Assembly (NCBI GenBank): GCA_963664405.1 | Contig: OY761158.1 | Span: forward strand, 6,688,001 to 6,752,000 | Length of the DNA: 64,000 bases | Direction of reading: 5' to 3' | From: Thermoanaerobaculia bacterium | GTDB taxonomy: Bacteria; Acidobacteriota; Thermoanaerobaculia; Multivoradales; Multivoraceae | In this document: positions 17,912 to 28,500 of the stretch, one piece after another | Numbering within the stretch: position 1 is the stretch's first letter | Layout: every line of letters starts with the position of its first letter | Notes under the pieces: model-generated | Databases searched by the model: none | What the model saw: the letters and a program-made list of their open reading frames with translations, nothing else | Told to the model about the DNA's origin: nothing | Translations under genes and position numbers: made by a program

Positions 17912-20526
17912 GCTCTCCATTCGCCGCTTTTTTCAACCGCCCTGCTCTCATGGCGGGCCTCTGTCTGTGCGGACCCGCGCTGAGCTCGGGCCAGGACGCC
18001 GCAAGCATCGGGCTCGAGGCCCTGCGCGGCGGCCGTTACGATGAGACTATTGCCACGGTCGAGGAGTACCGTCGAGAAAACCCCGAGAAGCCTGGGCTCG
18101 GGCTGAGGATGGGGATGGCTCTGATGGCGCGCGGCCGCTGGGAAGAGGCGGAGCGGGAGCTCGAGGGGGTAATCTCCGGAAGTGGGCAGGACGGCGTCGA
18201 GGCCGCCCTCGAGCTTGGCAAGCTGCGACTTCTGCTGGGACGCAGAGAGGAAGCGGAACAGCTCTTTGCGAGCCTGCTCGACGCATACAATCGCCGCGCC
18301 TCGATGTCGGCGCCCGAGCTTCTTGCGGTGGGTGAGGCGTGCCGTTTGCTCGGCTCCGATGACCCGGCTCTGTTCAAAGACGCCCTGCGAGCATTTGATG
18401 AGGCGATCGCCAAGGATCCGTCCTGGCCGGAGCCGCGAATCGCCGTCGGTGAGCTTTTTCTCGAGAAGTACAACGGGACTGAAGCGCGCGGCGAGATCGA
18501 AGCGGCCCTTGCCCTCGATCCATCGCATCCCAGGGGGCTCTTGGCGATGGCCAAGGTGCTTCACTTCGAGGGCTCCTATGTAGCCCTCGAGGCGGCGCGA
18601 AAGAGCCTGGAGAGCAATCCCAACTCATTGCCGGCTCGTGTCCTGGCTGCGCAGCTCCTGCTCGAAATTGAAGACTTCGAGGCGGCGGAGGCCGAGGCGC
18701 GTCTCGCGTTGGAGGTGAACCCGAGAGCGCTCGAGGCAAAGGCTGTACTGGCCGCGACTCACTTTCTTCGCGGTGACCTGGAAGGGTTTGGCCGTTTGGA
18801 GGCGGAAGTACTCGCACTGAACCCTCAGTATGCGGAGTTCTACAACCTGATGGCCGATGCCAGCGTTCGTAACCGCTTCTACCGCCAAGCCGCGGAGTTC
18901 GGTCGCCGGGCGGTGGAGCTGGATCCAAAATCGTGGCGAGGGCTCGGCCTGCAAGGGCTCAACGAGCTTCGAGTGGGTGAGATCGAAGAGGGTCGCGATC
19001 ATCTCGAGGAGTCCTTTGCCGGTGACCCCTACAACGTTTGGATCAAGAACACGCTGGATCTGGTCGATACCTACGAAGAATACGAAGAGCATCCGAGCCA
19101 ACGCTTTCGCCTTGTTGCGCATGAGGACGAGGCGGGCTTGCTCGCCCCTTACGCCTTGGATCTCGCCGAGGAGGCCTACGACGCCCTTGCCGAGCGTTAT
19201 CGTTTCGAGCCGTCGACCCCCATTCGCCTGGAGTTCTATCCCTCCCATGCGGATTTCTCTGTTCGCACGATCGGGCTCGCCGGCATGGGGGCGCTGGGAG
19301 TGTGCTTCGGCAGCGTTATCGCGCAGGACTCTCCTCGAGCTCGCCCCGCCGGCGCCTTTAACTGGGGCAGCACTCTCTGGCATGAGCTGGCCCACACCTT
19401 CACGCTCGAAGTCAGTGAGCATCGAGTCCCGCGTTGGCTGACTGAAGGCCTCTCGGTGTTGGAGGAGCGCCGGGCTCGAGTGGGCTGGGGAGATGATCTC
19501 AGCGTCGACTTCCTGACCGCCTGGCGCGATGGAGAGCTGCTTCCGATCGCAGAGATCAACAACGGTTTCGTACGTCCGACCTTTCCGGAGCAGATCGGCA
19601 TCTCCTACTACCAGGCGTCCCTGGCCTCAGAGCTCATCGAGAGGGATTGGGGCTTCGATGCGCTTCTCGCGCTGCTTCATGGTTATCGTGACCACAAAGG
19701 AACGGTCGAGATCTTCGACGAGACGCTGGGGCTCGCGCCGGAGGATTTCGACGAGCGCTTCGAGGCCTTTCTGGAGCAGCGCTTCGGGGGGCCGCGGGAC
19801 GCGTTGGCGGCGCTCGATGAAGAGCCGGAAGACGGCGGGCTGATCGCGCCGCTGTCCGGCGAGCCGGGCGAGGCGGCGCCGAAGGGGGCGCCGCGGGCTG
19901 AAGTGGCCTCGGGGGAGGAGGCCAAGGAGCTCGCCGACGAGAATCCGGAGAACTTTGCGGCTCAGCTCGGCTACGGTCTCTACCTCTTCGACGAGGATCG
20001 AGCTCAGGAGGCGGTTCCCTACTTGGAGCGAGCGGGTGAGCTCTTTCCTCAATATGCTGCCGCTGACAGCCCCTATCGGCTCTTGGCGAAGATCTATCGC
20101 GATGAGGGAGAGCTCGAGAAGGCGGCCGCTGAGTTACGAGCGCTGACTCGGATCAACGAGTCGGACTACGAGTCCAGAATCGAGCTGGCCGATCTCGAGG
20201 AGGAGCTGGGAAGCCCTTCGGCAGCTGTCGAGACGCTCGAGAGCGCGATATTCGTATACCCCTACGAGGAGGAGCTCCATCGGCGCATGGCTCGGCTGTA
20301 TTCAGAGGCCGGATCGACCACTGGGGTGGTCCGCGCCCGCTCGGCTCTGGTAGCTTTGCGCCCGACGGATATGGCAAAGGCATACTTGGATCTTGCGCTC
20401 GCTCATTTCGAGGCGGGCAATCACGCTGACGCGCGGCGCGAGGTTCTCCGCGCCCTGGAGATCGCCCCCGCTTACGAAGATGCGCAACGCTTACTCCTTC
20501 GCATCCACAGGCTTCCGGCTTCCTGA
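17908..20526 (+). CDS. TPR-repeat protein with central zinc metallopeptidase (clan MA/gluzincin) domain
   Basis: Many TPR-like repeats flank TLWHELAH and the downstream PRWLTEGLS third-ligand motif. Confidence 0.82.
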   Translation: MSSPFAAFFNRPALMAGLCLCGPALSSGQDAASIGLEALRGGRYDETIATVEEYRRENPEKPGLGLRMGMALMARGRWEEAERELEGVISGSGQDGVEAALELGKLRLLLGRREEAEQLFASLLDAYNRRASMSAPELLAVGEACRLLGSDDPALFKDALRAFDEAIAKDPSWPEPRIAVGELFLEKYNGTEARGEIEAALALDPSHPRGLLAMAKVLHFEGSYVALEAARKSLESNPNSLPARVLAAQLLLEIEDFEAAEAEARLALEVNPRALEAKAVLAATHFLRGDLEGFGRLEAEVLALNPQYAEFYNLMADASVRNRFYRQAAEFGRRAVELDPKSWRGLGLQGLNELRVGEIEEGRDHLEESFAGDPYNVWIKNTLDLVDTYEEYEEHPSQRFRLVAHEDEAGLLAPYALDLAEEAYDALAERYRFEPSTPIRLEFYPSHADFSVRTIGLAGMGALGVCFGSVIAQDSPRARPAGAFNWGSTLWHELAHTFTLEVSEHRVPRWLTEGLSVLEERRARVGWGDDLSVDFLTAWRDGELLPIAEINNGFVRPTFPEQIGISYYQASLASELIERDWGFDALLALLHGYRDHKGTVEIFDETLGLAPEDFDERFEAFLEQRFGGPRDALAALDEEPEDGGLIAPLSGEPGEAAPKGAPRAEVASGEEAKELADENPENFAAQLGYGLYLFDEDRAQEAVPYLERAGELFPQYAAADSPYRLLAKIYRDEGELEKAAAELRALTRINESDYESRIELADLEEELGSPSAAVETLESAIFVYPYEEELHRRMARLYSEAGSTTGVVRARSALVALRPTDMAKAYLDLALAHFEAGNHADARREVLRALEIAPAYEDAQRLLLRIHRLPAS

Positions 20527-20564
20527 GCCTGCCCAATAGCGTCGCCCAAGAAAGAAACTCTCCT

Positions 20565-21350
20565 TTGAAACCGATCTGTCTTCTGGCGCTCACGGCCCTC
20601 TGCCACATGTTCGTGAGCTCGGCTGTTGATGCCGATGTCGAGCCGCCGGAGGTCCGTTACGAAAACGTTCCCTTCAACGGCGACCTCACCTTTGCGCGGA
20701 TTCGCTTCACCCCCAGTGTCTGGGGCCCCGGCCCTTTTTATTGGGGCTGGGATCTGAAGTGGAATCATGACTATCCGTGGGCTGAAGAGAATCTGATGAA
20801 GATTCTCGATGAGCTCACCACGATCGTCCCGAATCTCGAAGGTGGAAACATCCTCTCCGCCGACGACCCCGAGCTTTTCAACTACCCGTTTGCCTATCTG
20901 TGCGAAGTGGGCTTCTGGGAGCCGAGCGAGAGAGAGGCGGAGTCCTTGAGGGAGTATCTGCTCAAGGGCGGTTTCATCGTGGTCGACGATTTCGCCGACC
21001 CCTATATGCGGGGTCCCCAGCTGCGCAACTTCGAGTACCACATCAAGAGGGTTCTGCCTGGCGCCATCCTCTACGAGCTCGATGCCTCGCACGACGTTTT
21101 CGATGCCTTTTTCGGAATCGAGAACCTCGATTTCACCCATCCCAAACTGCCTTATTTGGAGACCGTATTTTTCGGCATCTTCGAGGACAACGACCCCAGC
21201 AAGCGATTGATGGTTGTCGCTAACTACAACAACGATATCGGCGACTATTGGGAGTGGTCGGATCAGCCAGACAACTGGTACCCGATCGACCTGACCAGGA
21301 AGGGCTTCCAACTGGGCGTGAATTACATTCTCTACGGGCTCACTCATTGA
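20565..21350 (+). CDS. DUF4159-domain secreted protein (paralog 3)
   Basis: WNHDYPWAE, YPFAYLCEVG, LREYLLKGGFIVVDDF, RLMVVANYNNDIGDYWEW, LGVNYILYGLTH. Confidence 0.85.
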   Translation: MKPICLLALTALCHMFVSSAVDADVEPPEVRYENVPFNGDLTFARIRFTPSVWGPGPFYWGWDLKWNHDYPWAEENLMKILDELTTIVPNLEGGNILSADDPELFNYPFAYLCEVGFWEPSEREAESLREYLLKGGFIVVDDFADPYMRGPQLRNFEYHIKRVLPGAILYELDASHDVFDAFFGIENLDFTHPKLPYLETVFFGIFEDNDPSKRLMVVANYNNDIGDYWEWSDQPDNWYPIDLTRKGFQLGVNYILYGLTH

Positions 21351-21487
21351 GCCCAAACTCTGAGCGAACAGATGATAGAAAGACGACGACGCAGCCCGGG
21401 CCATGGCCCGAAAGACGATTATTCGCGAGGCCTGGCTCGGGCCGAGTTCGGGGTGGCCCTCAACGGCCGTCTCTCGAGGAGAACGAA

Positions 21488-22546
21488 GTGGAAGACGTGA
21501 TTACCGAGACTCTTACCGACCCGGGCGACGGCGCCGCCCTCGAGGCTGAAGAAGACGTAGCTCTGGCCGACCGTCTTCGCCAGGGTCATGACGCCATGAT
21601 GGCGCAGTTACACAAGAAGATCATCGGTCAGGACGATGTTCTCGACCAGATCCTTCTGTCTCTCTTTGTCGGCGGCAACAGCATTATCACCGGCGTCCCC
21701 GGGCTCGCCAAGACCCTGATTATTCAATGCGTCGCCGATGTCCTCGACCTCAACTTCAATCGCATTCAGTTCACCCCGGACCTCATGCCTTCCGACATTA
21801 CCGGAACCGACATCATTCAGGAGGATCCGGACACCGGCCGTCGCAAGATGACCTTTATGGGCGGTCCGATCTTCTGCAACATCCTGCTTGCCGATGAGAT
21901 CAATCGAACACCCCCGAAGACTCAGTCCGCGCTGCTCGAAGCGATGCAGGAGCACCACGTGACCGTGCAGGGCACCACCTACACGCTCGAGGAGCCCTTC
22001 TTCGTTTTCGCAACCCAGAATCCGATCGAGCTCGAAGGCACCTATCCCTTACCCGAGGCCCAGCTCGATCGGTTCATGTTCGACGTCGTCATCGATTACC
22101 TCCCGGAAGATCTCGAGATGGAGGTTGTGCGCGTCACCACGGCCATCGAAGATGTGCACTTCGAGCGCACCGTGAGCGGGCCTGATCTGATCGCCTTTCA
22201 GCGCCTTGTACGCCGGGTGCCGGTCTCGGAGGCGGTGCTGCACTACGCTCTACGCCTGGTGCGCGCCAGTCGGCCGGGTGCAGACAACCCGCCGGAGTTC
22301 ATCAAAAAGTGGGTCGACTATGGCGGCAGCGTCCGCGCCGCCCAGTACCTGATCCTAGGCGGCAAGGCCAGGGCCCTGACTCGCGGGCGGTACCACGTCA
22401 GCTTCGAGGACATTCAAGCCCTGGCCCATCCTGTCCTTCGCCACCGCATCCTCACCAATTTTCACGCCGAATCCGAGCGAGTGAGCTCAGACGACGTGGT
22501 TGATCATCTCTTGGAGATCACGCCTCTGCCGCACTCCGAGATGTAG
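21488..22546 (+). CDS. MoxR-family AAA+ ATPase
   Basis: GVPGLAKT, RIQFTPDLMPSDITG, LLADEINRTPPKTQSALLEAM, ATQNPIELEGTYPLPEAQLDRF; GTG at 21488 follows GAGGAG. Confidence 0.95.
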   Translation: MEDVITETLTDPGDGAALEAEEDVALADRLRQGHDAMMAQLHKKIIGQDDVLDQILLSLFVGGNSIITGVPGLAKTLIIQCVADVLDLNFNRIQFTPDLMPSDITGTDIIQEDPDTGRRKMTFMGGPIFCNILLADEINRTPPKTQSALLEAMQEHHVTVQGTTYTLEEPFFVFATQNPIELEGTYPLPEAQLDRFMFDVVIDYLPEDLEMEVVRVTTAIEDVHFERTVSGPDLIAFQRLVRRVPVSEAVLHYALRLVRASRPGADNPPEFIKKWVDYGGSVRAAQYLILGGKARALTRGRYHVSFEDIQALAHPVLRHRILTNFHAESERVSSDDVVDHLLEITPLPHSEM

Positions 22547-22548
22547 AG

Positions 22549-23478
22549 ATGAGCCGCGCGAGAGTCTACGGCGAGAGCTCGGCCGGCTCGCCGACCCGCT
22601 TTTTGGAGCCAAAGACCTTGGCGCGGATCAGCAATCTCGACCTCTTGTCTCGGACCGTTGTCGAGGGTTTTATCTCCGGGCTTCATCGCTCACCTTTCTT
22701 CGGCAGATCGCTCGACTTCGCTGAGCATCGCCCCTACATGCCGGGAGACGACATTCGTCAGATCGATTGGAAAGTCTTTGCCCGGAGCGATCGTTTCTAT
22801 GTCAAAGTGTTCGAGGCAGACACCAACAGTAACTGCGTGATTCTGCTCGACGTTTCGCGCTCGATGGCCTTCGCTTCCGAGTCGATCTCGAAATTGGACT
22901 ACGGGCGCTACCTCGCGGCGTGCCTCGCCTATTTCTCTCATAGGCAGAGAGACCGAGTCGGTTTCGCCAGCTTCGACAACGAAGTCGTGACTTTTGTCCC
23001 TCCTTCGGCGAAGCATCTCGAAGAGGTGCTTCACACTATTGACCGTCTCGAGCCGGGCGGAGCAGGTAGCTTGCTTGCGCCTCTGCAGCATCTCGGCGGT
23101 CTTCTTCGTCGTCGGAGCATGGTCATACTCATCTCAGACTTCTACGAAGAGCCCGAAGAGATCTTCAAGGCGGTCTCTCTTCTGCGCAGCAGAGGCAACG
23201 ATGTGCTCGCTTTCCACCTTCTCGACGCCGCCGAGCTCCGATTCCCGTTTCAGGAAATCGCGGAGTTCGAGGATCTCGAGACCGAGACACGGATCGCGGT
23301 ACAGCCCGAGCTCCTGAGGGAGGAGTATCGGAGGCTGATCGGAAGGCATATCGAGTCGCTGGATGAGAAATTGAGCGAAGCGGGTGTGGCCTACCACCTC
23401 TTCGACACCTCGGTACCCCTGGACTTTGCCCTCTACTCCTATCTCTCCAGTCGCCAGAGAGTGACTCGCATTCGCTGA
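22549..23478 (+). CDS. DUF58-domain (vWA-like) protein
   Basis: GLHRSPFFGRSLDFAEHRPYMPGDDIRQIDWKVFAR, LLDVSRSM, LISDF; follows MoxR. Confidence 0.92.
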   Translation: MSRARVYGESSAGSPTRFLEPKTLARISNLDLLSRTVVEGFISGLHRSPFFGRSLDFAEHRPYMPGDDIRQIDWKVFARSDRFYVKVFEADTNSNCVILLDVSRSMAFASESISKLDYGRYLAACLAYFSHRQRDRVGFASFDNEVVTFVPPSAKHLEEVLHTIDRLEPGGAGSLLAPLQHLGGLLRRRSMVILISDFYEEPEEIFKAVSLLRSRGNDVLAFHLLDAAELRFPFQEIAEFEDLETETRIAVQPELLREEYRRLIGRHIESLDEKLSEAGVAYHLFDTSVPLDFALYSYLSSRQRVTRIR

Positions 23479-23484
23479 GCCGTA

Positions 23485-25557
23485 ATGGGTCTTTCGTTCC
23501 TCACGCCCTTTTTCCTCGCCGGCTTTGCCCTTCTGGCCGTGCCCGTTCTGATTCATCTCCAGCGTCGTCATCGGGCCAGGGTTCTGGCGTTCCCGTCGCT
23601 CATGTTTCTTCGCAAAGTCGAGCAGGCCTCGGTTCGAAGGCGACGGATCCGACACTGGGCCTTGCTCGCCCTGCGCTGCCTTGCGCTCGCAATCCTGGTC
23701 CTGGCCTTCTCGCGACCGATCCTGCAGGCGGGGGCAACGGCGGTCGGCGAGCTTGGTGAGGGACGAGAGCTGGTCCTCCTTCTCGACCGTTCTTACAGTA
23801 TGGGCTTCGAAGATCGCTGGGATCGCGCTCGTGATGCAGCCAGAGAAGCGATCAACGGCATGGCGGAGGGGGACGTTGCGTCGCTCGTGGCTTTCGACGA
23901 GTGGTCTACCATCCTCTCGCAACCCACCGGCGATCGGCTCGAGCTCGAGCAGCTACTAGCGAGCGTCGAGCTGAGCCCAAGGCCCACCCGCTTCGCCCCG
24001 GTGATCAAGTCGGCGCGAAAGATCGTTCTCGAATCGGAGCTGCCTCATCAGGAGGTTCTCCTCATCAGCGACTTTCAGCGAGTGGGGTGGGATCGGGGGG
24101 AGGACCTCCGGCTTCCTGCAGGTGCCGAGGTCCGTCTCGTTGATCTCTCAGACCGCGATCGTCTCGGTGTTACGCCGTCAAACTTGGCCCTGATTTCGTT
24201 GATACTCGAGCGCAGCCAGCTCGAGAATCGCGAGAGAATCGTGGTTCAGGCACGGGTGAGCCGTCGCGGCGGAGACCAGGAAATACCCGCGAGCCTCTCC
24301 CTTTCGCTGAATGGTCGCGAGCTCGAGAGTCTCGAGATCAGTGTGGATCCCGATAGCTCGACCTTAGTCGGTTTCGAAGACTTCTCTCTCCCTGCGGGGG
24401 TCTCCCGAGGGAAGGTGAGAATCGTCGGCGACTCTCTCGCCGCCGACAACGAGCTCTTCTTCGTCCTTTCTCGAGGGCAGACCCTTCCTGTGCTGCTCCT
24501 CGAAGAGCCGCGCCGCGGTGGCGGGGGGAGCGGTCTGTATATCGAGAAGGCATTGTCTCTGGCGATCGAACCGATGATCCAGGTCCGTCGACTTCGTGGT
24601 GGCAGGCCCTCGACCGAGGACCTCGAGCAGGCCGCCGTCGTCGTTCTTAGCGATGTCGAGCTCGGCTCGACTTCGGTCGCTGCCGAGCTTCGTTCTTTCG
24701 TCGAGGAGGGAGGGGGGCTCCTAGTGGCGCTGGGCAGTCGCAGCGGAGAAACCCATGCAGCTCTCGCCGAGGCCGGTCTCTTGCCCAAGCCTAGTGTGGG
24801 CCAGGGCGGCGGGCCCGCAATGCGAGTGACTCGACTGGCATTTCTCGACCGAACTCTGCCCGGCTTCGAGCTTTTCTCCGGGCCTCGAAGTGGCGACTTC
24901 GGCACTGCTCGTTTCTTTCGTCGACAGCATCTTGCGCCGGAGGCCGACCTCGACCGGGTTCTTGCACGTTTCGAGGATGGCGGGGCCGCCTTGCTCGACC
25001 GTAAGGTAGGTGACGGGCGCGTCATGGTGTGGGCGTCGACACTAGACACCTATTGGAATGACTTCGTTCTGCAGCCGGTCTTCCTCCCTTTTCTTCACCA
25101 GTCGGTAAAGAACCTGTCCGGGTTTCGCCCTCCGGCTCCGTGGCACACGATCGGCGATGTCGTGGACTTAGCGGATCTGAGAGTCGACGGAGAAGATCAG
25201 CTTTCGGGCCAAACGCTGGAAATCACTACCCCACGGGGCGATGAGGTTGTAGGTGGCGAGGTCCTGGAGGTGGAGGAGGCTGGGTTCTACTCCTTGACGG
25301 TGGACGAGGAAGAGGTGGATGTGCTGGCGGTGAACGTAGACCGGAGAGAGTCGGATCTTGCCTCGCTCGATAGCGAGGAATTCCTCGCAGCTCTGCAGTC
25401 GTTAGGAGGGAATAGTGACGCAGAAGGTCGGGCGGTGGTGCGGACCGCCGAGGAACGGGAGCGAGCTCAGGGCCTCTGGCGCTACCTCGCCCTGGTGGGC
25501 CTCCTGCTTTTGGTTGGCGAGATCTTCCTAGCGAATAGACTGTCGATGGCCAGCTGA
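23485..25557 (+). CDS. BatA N-terminal domain + vWA membrane protein
   Basis: FLTPFFLAG..VPVLIHL...FPSLMFL..LALRCLAL..LAFSRP (BatA), MIDAS LLDRSYSM, LISDFQ, C-terminal TM. Confidence 0.85.
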   Translation: MGLSFLTPFFLAGFALLAVPVLIHLQRRHRARVLAFPSLMFLRKVEQASVRRRRIRHWALLALRCLALAILVLAFSRPILQAGATAVGELGEGRELVLLLDRSYSMGFEDRWDRARDAAREAINGMAEGDVASLVAFDEWSTILSQPTGDRLELEQLLASVELSPRPTRFAPVIKSARKIVLESELPHQEVLLISDFQRVGWDRGEDLRLPAGAEVRLVDLSDRDRLGVTPSNLALISLILERSQLENRERIVVQARVSRRGGDQEIPASLSLSLNGRELESLEISVDPDSSTLVGFEDFSLPAGVSRGKVRIVGDSLAADNELFFVLSRGQTLPVLLLEEPRRGGGGSGLYIEKALSLAIEPMIQVRRLRGGRPSTEDLEQAAVVVLSDVELGSTSVAAELRSFVEEGGGLLVALGSRSGETHAALAEAGLLPKPSVGQGGGPAMRVTRLAFLDRTLPGFELFSGPRSGDFGTARFFRRQHLAPEADLDRVLARFEDGGAALLDRKVGDGRVMVWASTLDTYWNDFVLQPVFLPFLHQSVKNLSGFRPPAPWHTIGDVVDLADLRVDGEDQLSGQTLEITTPRGDEVVGGEVLEVEEAGFYSLTVDEEEVDVLAVNVDRRESDLASLDSEEFLAALQSLGGNSDAEGRAVVRTAEERERAQGLWRYLALVGLLLLVGEIFLANRLSMAS

Positions 25558-25568
25558 GAGGAGATGCG

Positions 25569-28500
25569 ATGAGCGAGCTGATCTCTGCCTACGACGAGCT
25601 GCTTCGGGCGATACGCACTACCCGTCGGCGCTGGAAATTGAAGATACTGCTGCGAGGGCTCGCGGTTGTTTTGGCATCGGGCTTCTGCGCTTTCGCGATT
25701 TCGGTCTGGGCGATGGACCGCTTTCACTACAGCGAGGGCGCGGTCTCAATGACTCGGGTCTTGATCTGGATCGCGCTGGTGGCGTTGGTGGCTCGCTTTC
25801 TCGTCCTACCCCTGAGCCGCAGTGTCACCGATCGACAGGTCTCCCTCTACATCGAGGAGAATGAGCCCAATCTCCAGGCGGAGCTTCTCAGTGCGGTGGA
25901 GCTCGGGGCCGAAGCAAAACGCAAGGGCGATGACACCTCCGGCCAAGCTACTTCGGCTCACCTGCTGACTCGTTTGCTGGAGCAGGCGATCATGAGCTGC
26001 CAAGCTCTGGACTACGGGGCTACGATCGAGCGCTCAGGGCTGCGCCGCTTCTCCGCGCTGACAGGACTGGTTACGCTGGTCGCGGCCGGCGCCATTCTGC
26101 TGTTTCCCGCTTTTCTTCAGCACGGGGCTTTGCTGCTCTTTCTTCCCTGGAAGGGCGCGGCCCTGGAGAACCCGTACAGTATCGATGTAGTCCCGGGCGA
26201 CATCACTCTGGCGCGAGGCTCGGATCAAGAGGTCCGCGCCCAGCTCCTCGGTTTCGATACCGAGGCGGTGGAGCTTGCTCTTCGCCGCGGTGATGGATCT
26301 TGGGAACGCTGGCCGATGGCGTCCCAGGTCGACGATCCTGTGAAGATCTTCATGATGCTCGACCTTCAGGACGCGAGCGAGTACTACGTCGAGGCGGAAG
26401 GAGTGCGTTCAGATCTCTATCGCATCGAGGTTGCCGACCTACCCTATGTGGCGAGATTGGATCTCGAGTATCGCTTTCCGGCCTATACCGGGCTCGAACC
26501 TCAGAGGATCGAGGACGGCGGCGATATCGCGGTGCTGCGGGGTACCGAGGTCTTGCTCGAGATCACGCCGACGGTGCCAACGGAAGAGGGCCAGATCGTG
26601 CTGGAGGGCGACGGCGAGGAGCTCACTGCACTCGCTCTCGAAGCGCGGGAGGACGGGCTTCTGTTGGCGTCTCTGACCGTCGAGAGCGAGGCCTTTTACA
26701 GTGTCGAGCTGCGCGGCCCAACGGGCGACATGCTCCGGGCGTCGGCCGAATATGCGATCGAAGTTCTGGAAGACCAGCCGCCGATCATCTCCATTGTCGA
26801 GCCCGGGCGCGATGTGCGAGCGCACAAGCTAGAGGAGATCTTCGCCGAGGTGAAGGCCGAGGACGATCATGGCTTAGCTCGAGTCGATCTAATCTACTCG
26901 GTCAACGGAGAAGAGGAGCAGACCGTCACTCTCCTCGGGGGCAAGCGTCGACCCAAAGAGATCGAGGGGGGCCACACTTTCTATCTCGAAGAGCTCGATC
27001 TCCAAGATGGCGATTTCATCGCCTATTACGCAACGGCGAGGGATGTCGGCGATGCCAGTCAGCGCAGAGATGCGACCACGGATATCTATTTTGTTGAGAT
27101 CAGTCCCTTCACCAAGAACTATCGCCAGGCCCAGCAGCAGGGCGGCGGGGCCGGCGGCGGGGGAGAGATGGGCAATGCTCTCTCCCAACGGCAGCGACAG
27201 ATCATTGCCGCGACTTTCAAATTGGTTCGCGACAAGGACGAGTACACCAGCAAGGACTTTGCAGAGAACCTCACCACCGTCGCACTGATGCAGGGGCGGC
27301 TGCGGGCGCAGGTAGACAACCTCATCGGACGGATGGAGAACCGACTGCGTGGGGAGGACGAGTTCCAAAAGATCGTGGACAACCTCCAGCAAGCTTCGGC
27401 CGAGATGGAGCCGGCGCAAGCGCAGTTGAGCGCGCTGCGACCCGAGGACGCTCTCCCCCCGGAACAGCGCTCTCTCAAATTTCTGCAACGGGCAGAAGCC
27501 ACTTTCCGTGACGTGCAGGTCTCATTTCAGCGAGGGGGCGGTGGAGGAGGGGGAGAAGCGCAGCGTATGGCCGAAGACCTGGCGGACCTCTTCGAGCTCG
27601 AGCTCGACAAGTTGCACAACCAATACGAGACAGTGCAGAGGGGAGAGCGACAGGCCCTGCAGGAAGAGGTGGACGAGGCGCTGCAGAAGCTCAAAGAGCT
27701 TGCCAAGCGCCAAGAGCAGGAGAACGAGCGGGCTCGCAGGCTGGCGTCTCAGATGGGACTCTCAGGAGCGGCGGGCGGTAACCAGCGCGACCTGGTCAAG
27801 GAGACCGAGGAGCTGGCTAGGAAGCTCGAGCGTCTGGCGAGGGAGCAATCGCGTGCGGATCTCAAGCAGACGGCGAGGAGGCTGCAAAGTGCTGCCGACG
27901 CCATGCGCAAGGCTATGGCCCATCGCTCCGCCGGGGAGGTCGCTGGAGGGGGCGATGCCCTGGAAGAGCTGAAACGCGCAAGGCGACTCCTCGAGAAGAA
28001 CCGCGACTTCCAGCTCGCCGCGGAGATGGACGATTTGGAATCGAGGGCCCGGAGAGCGGAAGGTCTACAACAAGAGATCAGCTCGCAGGTGGGTCAGCTC
28101 GATCCGACCGGCGAGCGCGGATCCTTCGTCGAAGCAGTCGAGAACATTCTCGAAAAGAAGGACGAGCTGGCAAAAGAGATCGCCGATCTCGAAAACCAGA
28201 TCGACCAGGTTGCGCGGCAGGCGCGGCGCACTCAGAAGGACGCATCGAGGGGGCTGAGCGAGGCCTCTGAGTCGATCCGGGAGAATCAGCTCAAGGAGAA
28301 GATTCGCTACTCCAAGGGCGTGGTCAGGGGCCGCTCTCCTGAATATGCCCAGGGATTCGAGGGCGAGATCTCTTCCGATATCGAGGAAATGTCCGGACGC
28401 CTGGCGGAGGCGAAGGGCGCGATGGGCACGTCACCGGACGATCGAGAAGCTGCGGCCCTGGAGAGCGCGAGGGAACTGGTGCGTCGCCTCGAGTCCTTCG

